A stretch of 62,036 bases of DNA, counting the filler, from Choristocarpus tenellus KU-1152 (lineage: Eukaryota; Protista; Phaeophyceae): NCBI GenBank assembly GCA_964200185.2. It is 9 parts of 9 records of this genome, joined end to end, with 100 filler letters (N's around TTAATTAATTAA, not from the genome) between each part and the next. Parts side by side here need not be neighbours in the genome. Positions count along the whole stretch, not along the records: positions 1 to 10,745 come from CAXNAD020002743.1; positions 10,846 to 14,654 come from CAXNAD020017805.1; 7 more parts are not named here. The stretch is one strand, 5' to 3'. Made by a program: the position numbers and the translations under genes. The notes below the pieces were generated by a model. That model did no database searches. It worked only from the letters and a program-made list of their open reading frames with translations, and was not told the origin of the DNA. Of the stretch, positions 1 through 13,317 are shown in pieces. Each line of letters starts with the position of its first letter. Within the stretch, counting starts at the first letter, position 1.

Positions 1-1585
1 GCAGAGTAGTGAAGCAGCGAGTGGAAGAAAGAAGGGGGGGGGGGTGGGGGGGGGGGGGGGGGGGGGGGGGGGGATGTTTGCAACAACAAAAAAATCCCTA
101 AGTTTTTTTTTTAATTCTTTCTCAAACAAATGTATCTATTGTAGTGATACCTACTATAGCAGATGTGAATAGCATTGATTGTGCTGTTAACTAAAACAAC
201 TAATTTTCGCAATTGATTGTGAAAATTATTCCTTAATGCAACAGGGATGAGATTTAAAAAGAGATAACTTCACTGGAACATACAAATACACCACTGAATA
301 ATAATTTCATACCTGAATCTTTTTCCACCTGCAGCATGACACTTTTAACATCAATTACATGCACAGCAGTAGAACGCGCTGTATCCATAAACAAAAAAAC
401 TTAGATATTAGTAGAATAATATTTATGTTTTAAGATAAAATATAACAGTTGGGAGACAATCCAACGTGATTGCTGCATTTGCAATAAAGTCAGAAAATCA
501 AAAAAGAATGTCAGGATGGTGGCATTTTACTAATGTCTGACAGGCAGGATGTTCTGTAACACAAGCATGGACAGATGTTTACTTTTCAATGACCAATCAC
601 AGCGCATTCAAAATAAGTATCTACTACTCTTCTGCATCAACAACAACCTTGTAATCACATTTACCTCCTCCACTCCAACCTCGATACCCCCTACAGCAAA
701 ACGTACCACCCTTTGCTCTTTCCGCCCAGTTGTCCTTTAGCCCCTGAGGCTTATTTATTTTCACAGTAATATAAAAATATATGTATGTATAAAACTTTTT
801 TTTTATTTGAGAAAAACAGAAAGAAGAGCACCATGCATCGGAGAGTATGAGGTCGGGAATGTGCTAGCAGTCCCCTCGACAGGATGGTCCAGTTCTGATA
901 TTTTGGTCCACAGGGCTATCAACAAGTGTTTCTAAAGGTTCGATTTGCGGGCTGGACTAGTTCCAAATCTTTTTGGCAGGACTGGTCAAGTATCAACTAT
1001 TGAGACGCCTCTTTTCTACTGGGGCAGGGAGGGAGTTGTACAACTATCCACCCCTAAGGAACACCATTATCTCAACATTTGACCTCAAGGCCCATCGAAC
1101 ATTTCCATGGCGAGGTCTATGGGAGGTCTGGTTCCCCAAAACATCTCACAGAGCTGGTCCAGGTCAAATAGGTACATCTACATTCTGGTCCACTATTGGG
1201 CAACCTGAGGCACTGGGGTGGACCAGAGCCTAGCCTGGCTGCTGCCCACATGAAAGGCTCTACAGTAGATAGTGCTCTCTCTCACCCAGCATGCACCTAT
1301 CGGCACATTTGCTTTCCTCTCCCTCTCGGTTTCACCAAAAATCTGTTTACCCTTCACTTACTGCTCCCTACTACTCCAAGGTAGAACAGAGTACTCTTTA
1401 CAGGTAAAAAAAGCATCCCAGAGACAAAAAGCAATTCAATCTTAATAAACGTATTTTACTTCAAGGGGAGTACAGGTACACAACATTTCATTACCACAGC
1501 ACGCCTCCTATGGAATTGGCTCATCTGGCAATGTACTACCCATAGGCTCCATCCTATTGGTTTGTGTTCTGCTTTTGGGACGCAC

Positions 1586-4520
1586 CTTCTTGACCTTTGC
1601 AGGGAGAGCGTTGCCATGCAGAAGGGACAGGACAGTTGTGCTTAACATAGCAGGCGTTGCACCAGCTGCTGTCGGGGTGAGAATATAGGAGGCCGCAGTA
1701 ATGACCGCCCAAGCCTTCCTCATATCCTCAGCCTTTTGAGCCTGATATTCCCCCCCCCAAAAAAAAAAGAGGAGCCAATTTTTTTGAAGGATACAGTGGA
1801 AAGGAGGCTATTACATTCAGTCTCCTGTAGTATATACAGTGCGGGTGTTTTGTGGGCAAAAACTGCACAAAAAAAACTCTCCAAAGTAAACCCAGCAAGA
1901 CACAAACTTTACTGAACTATTCCCAGAGGACAAGGTCACCATTGAGTGGCAGGGTCAAGATTAGGGCATAGAAATATCAAAATGGAAACAATGGCCCCTA
2001 TTCATTGAATGGCAAGCAATTGGGAGTGCATCCCCTAACATGACACGCATCAACATGATCATCTCTCCAGAATACCTCCCTTCCCTTCTAACTTGTCACA
2101 TTATTATGTGTCTCTTTATCTCTCTCTCTCTCTCTTTCCACCTTCCTTTCCTGCCCCCCTCCCCCCCCCCCAGTGATATAAAGACAAAAGCACCTTAGTC
2201 TTTTTTGTGTCCTTCCCCCCACCCTCCGCCATATTTGTCCCCCCCTTCCCCCCAGGACCTGCTGGTGTCTCGCCTCCTCCGCCCCTCACTGATGCAGCAA
2301 CATCAATCCCCGAACCAGCTGCACTCATTCCACCAACAGTGCTAACAACCCCCTCACCCTTGCCACTATCCTCCCCTGCCACATGCTCTTTTTTCTCTCC
2401 TGAGCTTGCTACCTCATCTGGACTTCTATCAATGGGGTTACCAGCAGAGCCGGAGGCACCAGCAGGCTCATCAAGCACCGTGTCTGGTGTGGGAGTTGCT
2501 TGAGCCTGGGAGGCCTTGGCAACTGCGGCAGTGGAGAGTAGGGAAAGGAACCAACCAGCAATGTGAACGCTTCCCATCTTGGCCCACATTGATGCCCCTT
2601 GCACCTGAGCACATATGAATCGGGAGGGTGGGTGTTTGGTTTTAGGATGTTGGGAGGAAAAAAAATGTAGTACTAATAGTAGTGGTGAAGAGCATATGGC
2701 AAACAAAGCCAGAACAATCCTTACCAGAGATCCTGAAGCAGTACAGATGAGAAGAAATACTGCCCCCCCAAGGGTGAAACAATAGCCATGTGAGGGGAAA
2801 TACAACTCATAATAAAAGAAAAGTGACACACAGAGTTGATGTTTTTTCCTCATCAAACTCCAAGGTACAGTTGCCCTTACAGACTGCTGTTGCTCTCTCT
2901 GCTTTTATTTCTTCCCCTTCTGCCATATCAGGCACCAGAACAGTTCAACAGAGAAGTCTCTACCAAAGTTGGAGGATTTTGTTGAAAAGAAATGGGAATC
3001 ATACAGGATTAGAATCTTGCTCCCCCCCCCCCCTCCTTCTCGAGGGCAAAGGGAAGAGCAATAACAGAAGTGCGAGGAAATTTGGCACTCAATTTGTGCA
3101 GGGGAGGGAAGGTAGAAAGAGGTTTCCATTCTAATCTTATGCATCTTATCCACCAAACCACCAGAGCACTTCACACGTGCCTCAGAGAGTGCATTGGGAA
3201 GCACCACTAGCGGGGGAGCAAGGTAGAGTGCCATCCACTTGCCCAGGTGATCCACTGATGGCGCAAAATAGTCAGCCACCTCATCTGCCTTCTCGCTCCC
3301 CTTCCAACCCTCGTAGCCCTGTGGTTTGAGCATGCACAGCGTTCACCAGTGAGTGCATTTACCAAAGCACATCAACAATGGTGTATTGGGACATGCATGC
3401 TAGGATGTGGTTCATTGAGTGAAACAGGAGATCGCGGAGAAGCACATAGTAGAGATTAAAGCGGAACACAGGGTATCAAACATAAGAGACGATTAGCAAA
3501 TGCTGAAGTCACTCCAGCTGTCTATATCTACAATCACTTTGTGGCAAGGGGGGCAATCGACAGGGGTGACAGAGGTGTTTGGGTGTGTTCGAGAGCAGTG
3601 TTGGTGTTGTTACAGAGTAGATGCTAGAGCCAATGTGAGTCATGGCTTCATATGTCCTTGAGTGAAGGAATAAAATAGCTTGCTCCTGTCTGACATACTC
3701 ACTAAGCAGACTTCTTGGGCACCAAATTCGCAAGGACAAATTTAAAGACCTATGTTCTGTTCTTGCTGGTAACTTCACCGCAAAAGCGATGCCTCGATGG
3801 GCATTGAATTGAAGGTGGAGAAAATCTAGCTCGTATGTTGGACCTTGAAAGGATTTCATGAGAAGTTATCGAAAGACAAGCTCTGGAACACGTTGACCCG
3901 TCTTTCAATTGCATACACCTCCAACATACCCTTTTCATTCGTGGAAATGAAAAGGACTCGTTGGTTGGAGATTCTACTTCAGAGGGGTAGATCCTCCTCA
4001 GAAAAAGAGTTGGTGGGCGATGGTCTATATGTGCAACCGATGACATTAGTACTGAGTTTTATCACGTTGCATTAAGGATCTCACCTTGAGCAGGGCGTAC
4101 ACAACAATCATGGATACGAGCGAAGATGGCAGCTTCAGTCCAAGTTTCTCGAGTGCTTTCCGCACCACCTGCTCGAAGACAAAGATTCCTGCCGTTCCCT
4201 TCAACATCTTCAGGAAAAGCATTGGGGGATTCCAATTCATGAGGGGACAGGTGAGTTGGTGAAAGGCAGGTATAGAATCATGTGGCATCTAGAAATCAAG
4301 GAGAACATCAAATGAGCCGTCGTGCTGTCCACTCCAGAAGCCCTCATACATTGCGAGCAACAAGCAACATAAGACGCACTACCTTTCTTGTTTGGCCCCC
4401 ATTGGGAGAAAGAAGTCCTGGTATATGCTTGATATCTCCGCGCCTGTTGAGGAGGACGGTGGCAGCGACAGCAGCGATAGCGACGTGCGCATCGATCATC
4501 CTTGCTTTGGGGGCAGCCAT
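1586..4520 (-). CDS. LrgB-family membrane protein, PLGG1-like glycolate/glycerate translocator homologue (5' part; gene continues leftward)
   Basis: Spliced exons ~4520-4383, 4288-4085, 3318-~3180, ~2604-2194 and 1741-1586 give ...KALEKLGLKLPSSLVSMIVVYALLK / YFAPSVDHLGKWMALYLAPPLVVLPNAL / HIAGWFLSLLSTAAVA / LSTTVLSLLHGNALPAKVKK. These are collinear with PLGG1 motifs as I recall them (KFPSALFGM; FFEP...RWLPLFYVPSLVVLP; GGWLASL; STVLGYMVGSGLP..VKK). The start codon is uncertain. Confidence 0.8.
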
Positions 4521-5520
4521 TTTGCCCTCAGAGTATTTTCCAACGACGTTACAGCACGATCAAAAGAGACCTATGCTAGCACCTCCGACCCGGCCTGCCA
4601 GGAGGCCACCTTTTTCAAACAAACCTTCGTAGTACGGTGACGAACGATGTTCATCAACATGTGTTCAAACTCACCGCCTTTCTTCTCGCGCGCTCCTCGC
4701 CATGTGACGGTTTCCATCAAATTTTGTGTACTTACACATGTTGGGACAAGGTTCTTGCCTGGGAAGGACTCCAACGCGATTGATCCATGGCGCTGAAGAC
4801 GTTCAGTAGCAAAACTCTAAACGGTAGATTTCCTGGATCGCCTGTGTTCCCCCTGAACTCGCCTTTTTTTCGCTTTCTGGGCGTTTCGATCTGGACTGAT
4901 AGATGCCACCTCTTTCTCGTCAAAAAAATGTGTTCGCAGCCATGCATTTCGCTCGACATATTCACACTCCTTCGCGCAGCAGTTCTAACCCAACGCTGAT
5001 GTTTTACCACAGATAACTGGGCAGAGGAGCGATCAAAATCTCTACGTGGAGTGCTGGCTTACTATGGACATGTGAGCAGCTCCGGATTCTCTCTCGACTT
5101 CGGCATTCTAAAAGTCCTCCACAGTGTACAGATTGACGACAGATAGATGTGGCAACTAGTCGCCCAGACTACTTAGAGTAGTACATTTCATAAGGAAGAC
5201 CAGTTGCATTGCGTCCAATCCCTCTCTTAACTACAGTTGGTTCCTTTGATCTCGAAGAATACATACTGAGAGAACGAGACAACAAGTGATTCGGTTAGGC
5301 GCAGTTTACCTCAGGTGCGAAAGGTGAGCGTGAGATGTATGGCAGGAGCATCGAGGTACTACAAAGGAGTGAAGTATCCGACTGAGTGATTAGAAAAAAT
5401 GAAAAAAACCTTCGGAAGGGGAACTGCAATTTCAAAAAAGCTCATCTGAAAGTTGCTAGTGTGTAGTTTTTCGATTGATGTAGATGCTGACTGACTCGAG
5501 CTCCGTTGGTCTCCTTACAG

Positions 5521-5610
5521 CTTGAGTATGGTACTACTCATAAGACAGCGTTCCAAGAACCAAGTGGACAGATACTGAGACCAAGCAAGGCCCAATGGCT
5601 TCAACATATG
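5521..5610 (+). CDS. Putative exon of an unknown plus-strand gene
   Basis: ctccttacag|...|gtgag with a 90-bp open frame LEYGTTHKTAFQEPSGQILRPSKAQWLQHM. No recognisable family. Confidence 0.3.
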
Positions 5611-6082
5611 GTGAGTAGACGTCGAAAAAAAATGGGAAATTAATTGGTGGATCATGTTCATTTAATTATGCTCATCAATCCTAACAACAATTTCTTCAAT
5701 ATTATCCTCAATTGTTACTAAACCATCACAGCAGTCCACGTTTTTATCCATTTTCTACATTATTAGTGGTACTGAAAAGAAAAACGCTTTCCAACTTCCC
5801 TGTATCACCAGCCCTTAATTTATATTGTCCCATGCCATAGAGCCCTAGGTATTTAGTTTCAGATGCTTTGGTTGGGAAACATTAGAGGCTCTCCTCGCTA
5901 TGATTTACCTGAATTAGTACTGACTAGATTTGAAACAGTTCAAACATGATGACCTAATTGGCTGGGTAAGATGAACAGAAACTATGCCATTGCGTTGTTT
6001 ACAAACATGTCGAAATGTGTACATAGATCCATCCATGTGCATGTTAACATACTGGATCTGTTCCAAGGTAGCGAGTAGAAGA

Positions 6083-6259
6083 GAATCAAAGTACCTGGGG
6101 GGGGTGGCGGCTGTCCATTTGGGGCCCATTTTTCCATGTTACAATTTTTGGATGATTTGGTTGCATGTGTCGGATGGATAATGTAAGCGCACTTTTCCTG
6201 GTCAGGGCCCAAATGGACACCCTGGTGTAGACCCCTCCCCCCCCCAGATACTTTGAGCC
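6083..6259. mobile_element. MITE family B (~177 bp)
   Basis: TIR GAATCAAAGTA...AGATACTTTGAGCC, subterminal poly-G/poly-C and GTCCATTTGGG motifs, 3-bp flanking duplication AGA. Confidence 0.85.
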
Positions 6260-7334
6260 AGACGGCCCGCCCTGTGCATCTTGCCCCAAACAAATAACAC
6301 ACGGTCTGCTGACTGCTATCCTTGGATATACTGTATTGATAAGGTCATGTGTTGCAGACACTAGATGGTGCAGGGAGTCTAAACCAATGTCCCTCACAAG
6401 CCAATGTACCTATAAAAAAAAAGGAGAGTTCGTAGGTCGCAATTTTCCTCCTTGAAGCCATTGAACAACATTGTGAAACAACCACGCCCCATCCATATGT
6501 CTGCTGCACTCCCTGGCCAGATGCAAGCGCATGGTGCAGGGGCATTAAATATGACTCAACCATGCACCATGGGTGAGGCCACCAGGAACAGGTGTGAGCA
6601 TGCAGGTAGAAAGTAATGTGAGAGCATGTGCATGTAAAGAGTCACAGTATCCTAGAGGGGGGTGCTGTTGATCGCAAAGGGCCTCTATGACTCCCATCTG
6701 AGTTTTTTGCTATGTGTGGAATCATATATTTGAGAAAGGACCATTTCCTTGATCTAAACACACTCTCTACATCTACAGGCTCCTGATTGCGGTTCTCTAC
6801 AGTTGGGCAACGGAAATATGGGGTATTGGGAACGACATTTTGTACGTTCCCTTATGATTGAAATCCCCAAAACACACCTCACTCTATGATACATTGGCTC
6901 TAAAGGATGAAGATTGCAAAGGGACATGATACAAAGATGTCAACATATCAACCCTAAGCGAAGTTCATACTTTCCAAGTGTAGATGGAAATTGGATTGCT
7001 ATGTTCTCTACAAAGTGCCATAGTTTGGAGGGTTGGATTCCCAAGACCAAACTTGGTGCTGAAAGAAGTAGTGGTGACCATGGTAGCCTTCCTATCATTG
7101 AGACAGGTGGGCTGAGTGCTTCCCTCTGCCGCATTGCTGTTTGTTATTATCCAGGCATTACAGTTTTGATTTTCTTCTACTCCAACAATCTCCTCCAAAA
7201 CCTAAACCTAATACAAGCCAAAGTAACCTAGAGAGGGTGCCGAACTGTTGTTAAGGGGCCTCTGTGACTATTTTCTGCTTTACATCTTTACGCCACTAAA
7301 TCCTCCAATCCATTGGCAACACATCCATCCTCCA

Positions 7335-7591
7335 GAGTCAAAGTATCTTAGAGGGTAGAGCTGTGTCCGTTTGGGGGTCAAAATCCAATGTTGCGATTTT
7401 GATGTAATTTTGGCTATGGTGTTTGTTAGGAAGTGTCAATATCCTTGTTCTGGACACCCATTTTCGTAACGTATACATTTTACCTACTCTACACAATTTC
7501 GGAGTTGGAAAATGCCATAAAAACCCCGTGGGAAGTCGAGCCCCAAATGTACAAACAGGGCAGAACTCGTACCCTCTAAGATCTTGCACTC
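7335..7591. mobile_element. MITE family A (~257 bp)
   Basis: TIR GAGTCAAAGTATCTTAGAGGGTA...TACCCTCTAAGAT-CTTGCACTC. Clearly homologous to about 10 other copies in the window. Confidence 0.85.
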
Positions 7592-8835
7592 ACAGGGTAG
7601 TTCTTCTATATTCACACACTCCCGATATGGAGGTTACCTGAATTTCAGTAATGAAACTGGGGTGTTAGGTATCACATTCTTTAGCCCCTTAAAAGAAAAA
7701 TATCAAATCCATCCCCTCTAGGAAACTTTGGCACAATGGGTCAAATCCTATACTTTACCCCAACCCCATCCTATATCCTAATCCTAATTGTACTGCTTCA
7801 CAACCCTAGCCCTAGCACTGCTTCCCCTGTCTGAGTGAAGCTAGGTCTTCTAGGCATCTACTATGCCCTCTGCTTCAATTCGTAAAAGCGTTTCTAGGAT
7901 CCAAGAAAGGAACTCGAATCCTATATTTTTAGAAGTCTTGTCACTGTACGTTGCCCTAGGATAAATGTTCACCGAATGCACTGGATATATTATAATATAT
8001 ACTCTGAAGTATGCTATAGACGTTCAGAGCCCTACAATGGCAATATAATACACATCTCGTCACAATACACAGAGGCCTCTCACTCAGTGTAACGTCTCGC
8101 ATGGTACTGTAGTTTCACTGACCACATTTATACTGACTTTTACGTGTTTGAATCAACAACTCATCCTGACAGAATATCCGCATGCTGTGCTTATGCTTTA
8201 TTAGAACTGCAACACATTCGCAGGCTATTCGCTACTGCAGCACCCAAACAATCTTTAACCTTTTCTGAAAACACGATTGTGTCATGATGATGTTTTCATA
8301 ATTGCAAGGAGAATCCGTGTGTTGAATGTCCACAGCCTCACTCGCACAGGTGGCATGTGTTCATTCCCCAGTCCAAAATGTCTCACCCAAAATATCCACT
8401 GATCGATCGAAGCGGTACATGTCACGTAGTGTAACTGTTTTTGTGCCTGTCCTGTCCCCTCCCCGCTGCTTTGTCTGACATTGTCATCAGGCCTGTGGTG
8501 GACAGAAGCTTCACCTCACCTTTCGGGAATTCTGTTGAGGGTAAGTGGGAAGAGCATCCAGAAAAGGATAGAAAAAATCTAGGGCAAAGAGATCCATCCT
8601 ATTAGTGTGATCGTTGCTTCTCATATCCATGCCCTGTGCCCCTCAAAACAGGGCAAGACTTTGTAGAGATTGTGTTTTCGAGGTGCACATGTTGGAATTG
8701 TAAGGCGTTAGGGTTGTTCCAAGCAGCAGAAAAATGACCAGAATGACCCCAAAAAGGACCACTTAGTGAAGGAAATTACTATTAATCCAAACAGCTGAAC
8801 CGGAAAAAGGAATCATTGGACGCGTTTCCGTTTCA

Positions 8836-9014
8836 GACCCAAAGTATCTGGGGGGGGGAGGGAGTCTGCACCAGGGTGCCCATTTGGGTCATAACCAGGA
8901 AAGGTTTATATACATTATCCATCCGACGCATGCAATCAAATAACCAAAAAATCGCAATATGAAAAAATTGCCCCCAAATGGACAGCCGCCACCCCCTCTC
9001 AGATACTTTGAGTC
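8836..9014. mobile_element. MITE family B
   Basis: GACCCAAAGTATCTGGGG...AGATACTTTGAGTC with 4-bp TSD TTCA. Confidence 0.9.
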
Positions 9015-9055
9015 TTCACATAGTCGTTACTGGCAGATAGCTTTGTTGTCACTGA

Positions 9056-9090
9056 GTATTAGCATTAGCATTAGCATTAGCATTAGCAAT
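9056..9090. repeat. (ATTAGC)n microsatellite
   Basis: Direct observation. Confidence 0.85.
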
Positions 9091-9504
9091 ATTAGTGGCG
9101 GTGGTGGTGGTGATAGTAGTGTTAATAGTACTTTGCCGCAGAGTATGTGACTGATGGGACTTAACATCATCACCAGTCAGACATGACTATACCTTGAGAA
9201 CAGTTGTACTGTTGTTCTGTGTTGGTGCATTAATACGTTTTCAGTCATCACTTGTCACATTCCTTTTCGAATTTTTTTTAAATATTCATTTGTTGAAGGT
9301 TGCCAGCAGGAAACTAGTAAGAACCTTGGTGCCACATAAAAAATGAGCATACTGGACGTACCAGTTCCCACAGTTACTACCAAAATGTACGTAATCTTTG
9401 GGTAGGCTCATTGAGAGTGGATCCCCACCCGTTTCTAGCATCTAACTTTGCCAGTGCTGACGAAATTGAATCGTTTGAAAAATTAAAAAACGTTCTCCAG
9501 AGGA

Positions 9505-9571
9505 TTTGCATCTATTAAACCCAGAACTCCTGAGCTAGAGTCAGCTATCCTAACCGTTGGACTACGAGAGA
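9505..9571 (-). pseudogene. tRNA(Glu/Asp-like)-derived fragment, pseudo-tRNA or SINE head
   Basis: Minus strand reads TCTCTCGTAGTCCAACGGTTAGGATAGCTGACTCTAGCTCAGGAGTTCTGGGTTTAA, a tRNA-like 5' half with A-box and a degenerate T-arm. Confidence 0.45.
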
Positions 9572-10720
9572 TTCCCGAATATAAATTAATGAGGTCTGAC
9601 AACTATTTTACTGAACCTCTATTCTACAAAGTACTCAGGAGTACTCGTTAGGAGTGGAATGTGTCCATTTTTTTCATTTCGAGAAGAAGCAGTCTGAGCA
9701 ATAGCAACAATTTTGTATGCCTCCACAGACAAAACCCAACAAGAACCTCAAGCGATGCATTGCAGAGTCTTGCTCTGACCTCCACACCCCTTCATACGTA
9801 TGCTGGAGCCCTGAACATATACTGAAACACGGTTCATCTTCTGCTTCATTCCCGTCCATGGATCTGAATAGATGGACTGTGTATACTTTGAGGAGTAAGA
9901 GGAATGGGAAAAAAGACAATGGCATTTTAATCCAATCAGACAGCTTGAACATAATATTAAGCTTGTAGCTCCCCCCACACAGCGATGTTCACTTGTATCC
10001 TGTGAATCTTCCCACTGTTAGGAGTACCGTGCTCCTTGGCCACCTTCATAGGGCTAGGTTGGGAGCATAGCTGTGTGAGCATTTGTTCGCCGGGAAAAAT
10101 TTCCCAGGGGGCATTGTTGTATAGTTAGTATTCAGGAGTTGATATTTCAAGATTTAAGTATGTTGAAAACGACAAATACTATTGTGTCAGAAGTTCTTGT
10201 ATTTTTAGTGTTTGTCTTTTCCCTCCCCTGACACATCTGCAATGTGTTAATGAGCATAATAATATTCTCCAGAGTATAGCATTAGAAGTACCTGAAAAGA
10301 ACATTTCGAAAGCTTCATCATTCTATCCCTCCTACAAGAACATATAACCAATAAAAGTTCACTCTCCGCAAACGTAACTACCACTTGCAGCAAGCATACA
10401 CACAAAACAGTCTTCAAGGTCAAGCCATACTAATTAACACAATTCAAGGCAATAAGAAACAAAGTTGGTGATGTGGCCAAGGACGTAAATAGGGTTGAGA
10501 TTAGCAAGTGGTACGGTATGACTTTGAAAGGGAAATTCAACAGTATGTTAAGATTTGCACATTTTCTGTGCCCATCCTCTATCATACCATTATTCCGACA
10601 TGTTGACCCCTCCATATCTATGAGTGCAGTCAGCAGCAATCAACTACCTGTCGCATTTGAGAACCCTCTTGTCATCCCCAGACATAGTACGATAAACGGA
10701 TGCCCCCATAGAATAGCTTG

Positions 10721-10745
10721 GGGTCAAAGTATCTGGGGGGGGGGG
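10721..10745. mobile_element. MITE family B end, truncated by assembly gap
   Basis: GGGTCAAAGTATCTGGGGG running into Ns. Confidence 0.7.
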
Positions 10746-12060
10746 NNNNNNNNNNNNNNNNNNNNNNNNNNNNNNNNNNNNNNNNNNNNTTAATTAATTA
10801 ANNNNNNNNNNNNNNNNNNNNNNNNNNNNNNNNNNNNNNNNNNNNCGCACCATTTTCGGTCAAAACCATCCTCAATAGTACGCTCCATCCTTAATTTTTT
10901 AAATCCACTGTTAAATGCAACATGTCCATTCGCACACACCCCCCAGATGCTTCGAGTTACACCATCATCTCGCGTAAGGGTGGTAGGCGGAAAGTAGGAG
11001 GAACCAATGGAAACAAACATAGACTCCAGAATTTTCTTGTCTATTCGTGAATGCATCTTCTTCTCTACTGCTTGCTGCTCCATTTCAAGCTACATAGAAT
11101 TCTTTACTACTTGAGCGGTCCTGCCTTGCCTGGGTGACTGTTGTATATATACGGAACTCAAGAATCAAACACTTTTTGGTCCTAGTTATCATCCATCCAT
11201 CTCGTCTTGTTGACTGTGTGCAAGGAGAAGAGTAAAAAAATGAATACTTGGTAGTAGTTGCCTTTGAAAAATAAATCTCATGCTCTCCGTCCATGATTGA
11301 CCTTACTTACCGCACAGCAAGGCTACTTCCTTTTTATCTGGATCATGGATTACGACTGAAATGTATATAGAGATAGATATTTACATATATTCTTCCATCT
11401 AAAAAACACTTTTGTTGTATTAGTATGTAGTTTGGTCGAACGACTGAATGAATTGCGTAACCATTATCAAGGGGGGTGAATGCAGTCAGAAGCGTTGAAG
11501 TAGTCATTGAAGTGAATGATGTCCTCCCTGGAAAAGGGATAAATACACAAACTGTCTTCAACTCAGAACATGAGAAGAGGAAACAGAAAATTTGAGGACT
11601 GCTGGAATTTCAGACGATGTCCATGAACTTCAGTAATATACATACAGCAAAAAACAATACACGTATACTTCAACAATACATTTCAAAACATACTATATTC
11701 ATGTATAACACCTAGAAGTCGGCTTTTTCAACAACAAAAAAAGGGAACAAGAAATTGATACCTACATTCTATTCTATAATTTGCAGACAGTACAAGAATG
11801 AACTGTAGTAGTTTCAATTTTTTCAGAACAATAATATACTCCGGGAGGAGTCATTCCCTTTTCTTTTCTCTGCTACTTGCAGAGCTCCTTCAGAGTGCCA
11901 GTCCAGAAATACCTGCAGGTAGTTGTATCATGCAAATATATACTGCTAAATATGTAATCGTATGCTGTTCGATATTCCTTTCTTCATGTAACACAATTGC
12001 CAACAGAAAGAGAAATCACCGAAACTCAAGAACCGCTTCTTGTCGTCTCTAGTATTTCTT

Positions 12061-12132
12061 GAGCCAATGTATCTTAGAGGAGGGTAGAGCCGCGTCCATT
12101 TGGGGGTCAAAATACAATGTTGTGATTTCGAT
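12061..12132. mobile_element. MITE family A, truncated 5' fragment
   Basis: GAGCCAATGTATCTTAGAGG..GGTAGAGCCGCGTCCATTTGGGGGTCAAAAT. Confidence 0.75.
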
Positions 12133-12397
12133 ATTCCGAAATACACATGCGGGGTTGTGTTCTTCGAGTTATACATAGTATATATACATTATACAAGATA
12201 TTATATAGCAACGTGTCTATGTGATAATGTGTATCACAATAATGCTCTAGTCCAAAATACATGTAGCGTGTATGCTTGTGTCCTTTGGGATATTGCTATT
12301 TCTTCTTACCATTGCATATCATATTACATAATATTCATATCCCATTCATTGCTTGCGTCCGAAATATTTGGGAAAAAGTTAAGAGTCGAAATAAACG

Positions 12398-12660
12398 AGG
12401 GGTACCCAGAGTTGCATTTTAAGGATGAAAACAAGTACGTGCAAAACACGGCTTTCTTTACAAAAGTGTGTAGGATATTTTCTGTATATTAGTGTCGGAA
12501 AGATTTTGAATAATAATAGAGAATAAATACTTTTGAGTCAAACTTGGAACTTCATCCATAGAAGTATACACGTGAATTCCAAAAGATCGAAAAAAACAGG
12601 GTCAAATTGCAAAACTGTCAAAACCTGGGGGTAGCTTTCGTTTACTTTGGCTCTTAAAAT
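12398..12660. repeat. Dispersed repeat C, copy 1
   Basis: GAGGGGTACCCAGAGTTGCATT...GTGTAGGATATTTTCT...AAAACCTGGG is recognisably homologous to 17059-17310. Confidence 0.65.
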
Positions 12661-13317
12661 TTTTGTTTCGAACATGTCATGCAACTTGGGTCAAGATGCA
12701 CATTACAAAAAGATAGTCCAAGATAGGTGACTGTTGTGTAGTAGGATACCTCTGCTCTATCCTCAATTTTTAAAATCTACTGTTAATTGCGTTACAAAAA
12801 TACGAATATCAAACAGCATAGGATTTCATATTGAACTGGGACTGAGGGTGTCTGTATTTTTGTGACCTTTTCGGCCTATCACGTTTTGAACGTATGAGAT
12901 CATTGAAGGATGTGGTTTGTATCTGTATTTGTTGGTGTAAAGATTAGAATATCATTCTAGTTTTGGAAAAACCCTACCGCACGTGTTCTGAGTGTTCAAC
13001 GGTAAAAGTGTTTACCAGTAACCAGGAATAAGATAGATCCGCTTTTTATGTTATCTAGTGTTTATTTAAACCCTAAAGACGCGAAGAAGTGGATTTAAGG
13101 TTTATTTAAATAGTGGATACCAGTTGGAATGACTTCTTAGGTTTTCTGAAATTGGAAATGTGTGAGACCCCTAAAGTGTGTTCTTGGTATTTTAAAATAA
13201 CCTAAGCACGGTTTTCAGTGGATTTAGTATTAAAAAAAACCCTAACGCACGTGTAAAGTGACTCTTAGAGAAAAAGTTGCTTATTATCGACTTGTACGTT
13301 TATGACAATCGCTATGT

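Noticed and set aside
7338-7641. Recurrent short ORFs with motifs such as YPLRYF, SKILS and GVKIQCCDFD across the window
   Set aside because: Chance translations of MITE copies, not a protein family.
10746-10845. TTAATTAATTAA palindrome embedded in N runs, repeated at every 100-bp gap
   Set aside because: Artificial scaffolding spacer with stops in all six frames; not biological.
10850-11300. Possible Ulp1-protease or viral remnant (QENSGVYVCF)
   Set aside because: Only a weak short resemblance in stop-riddled frames; cannot be supported.
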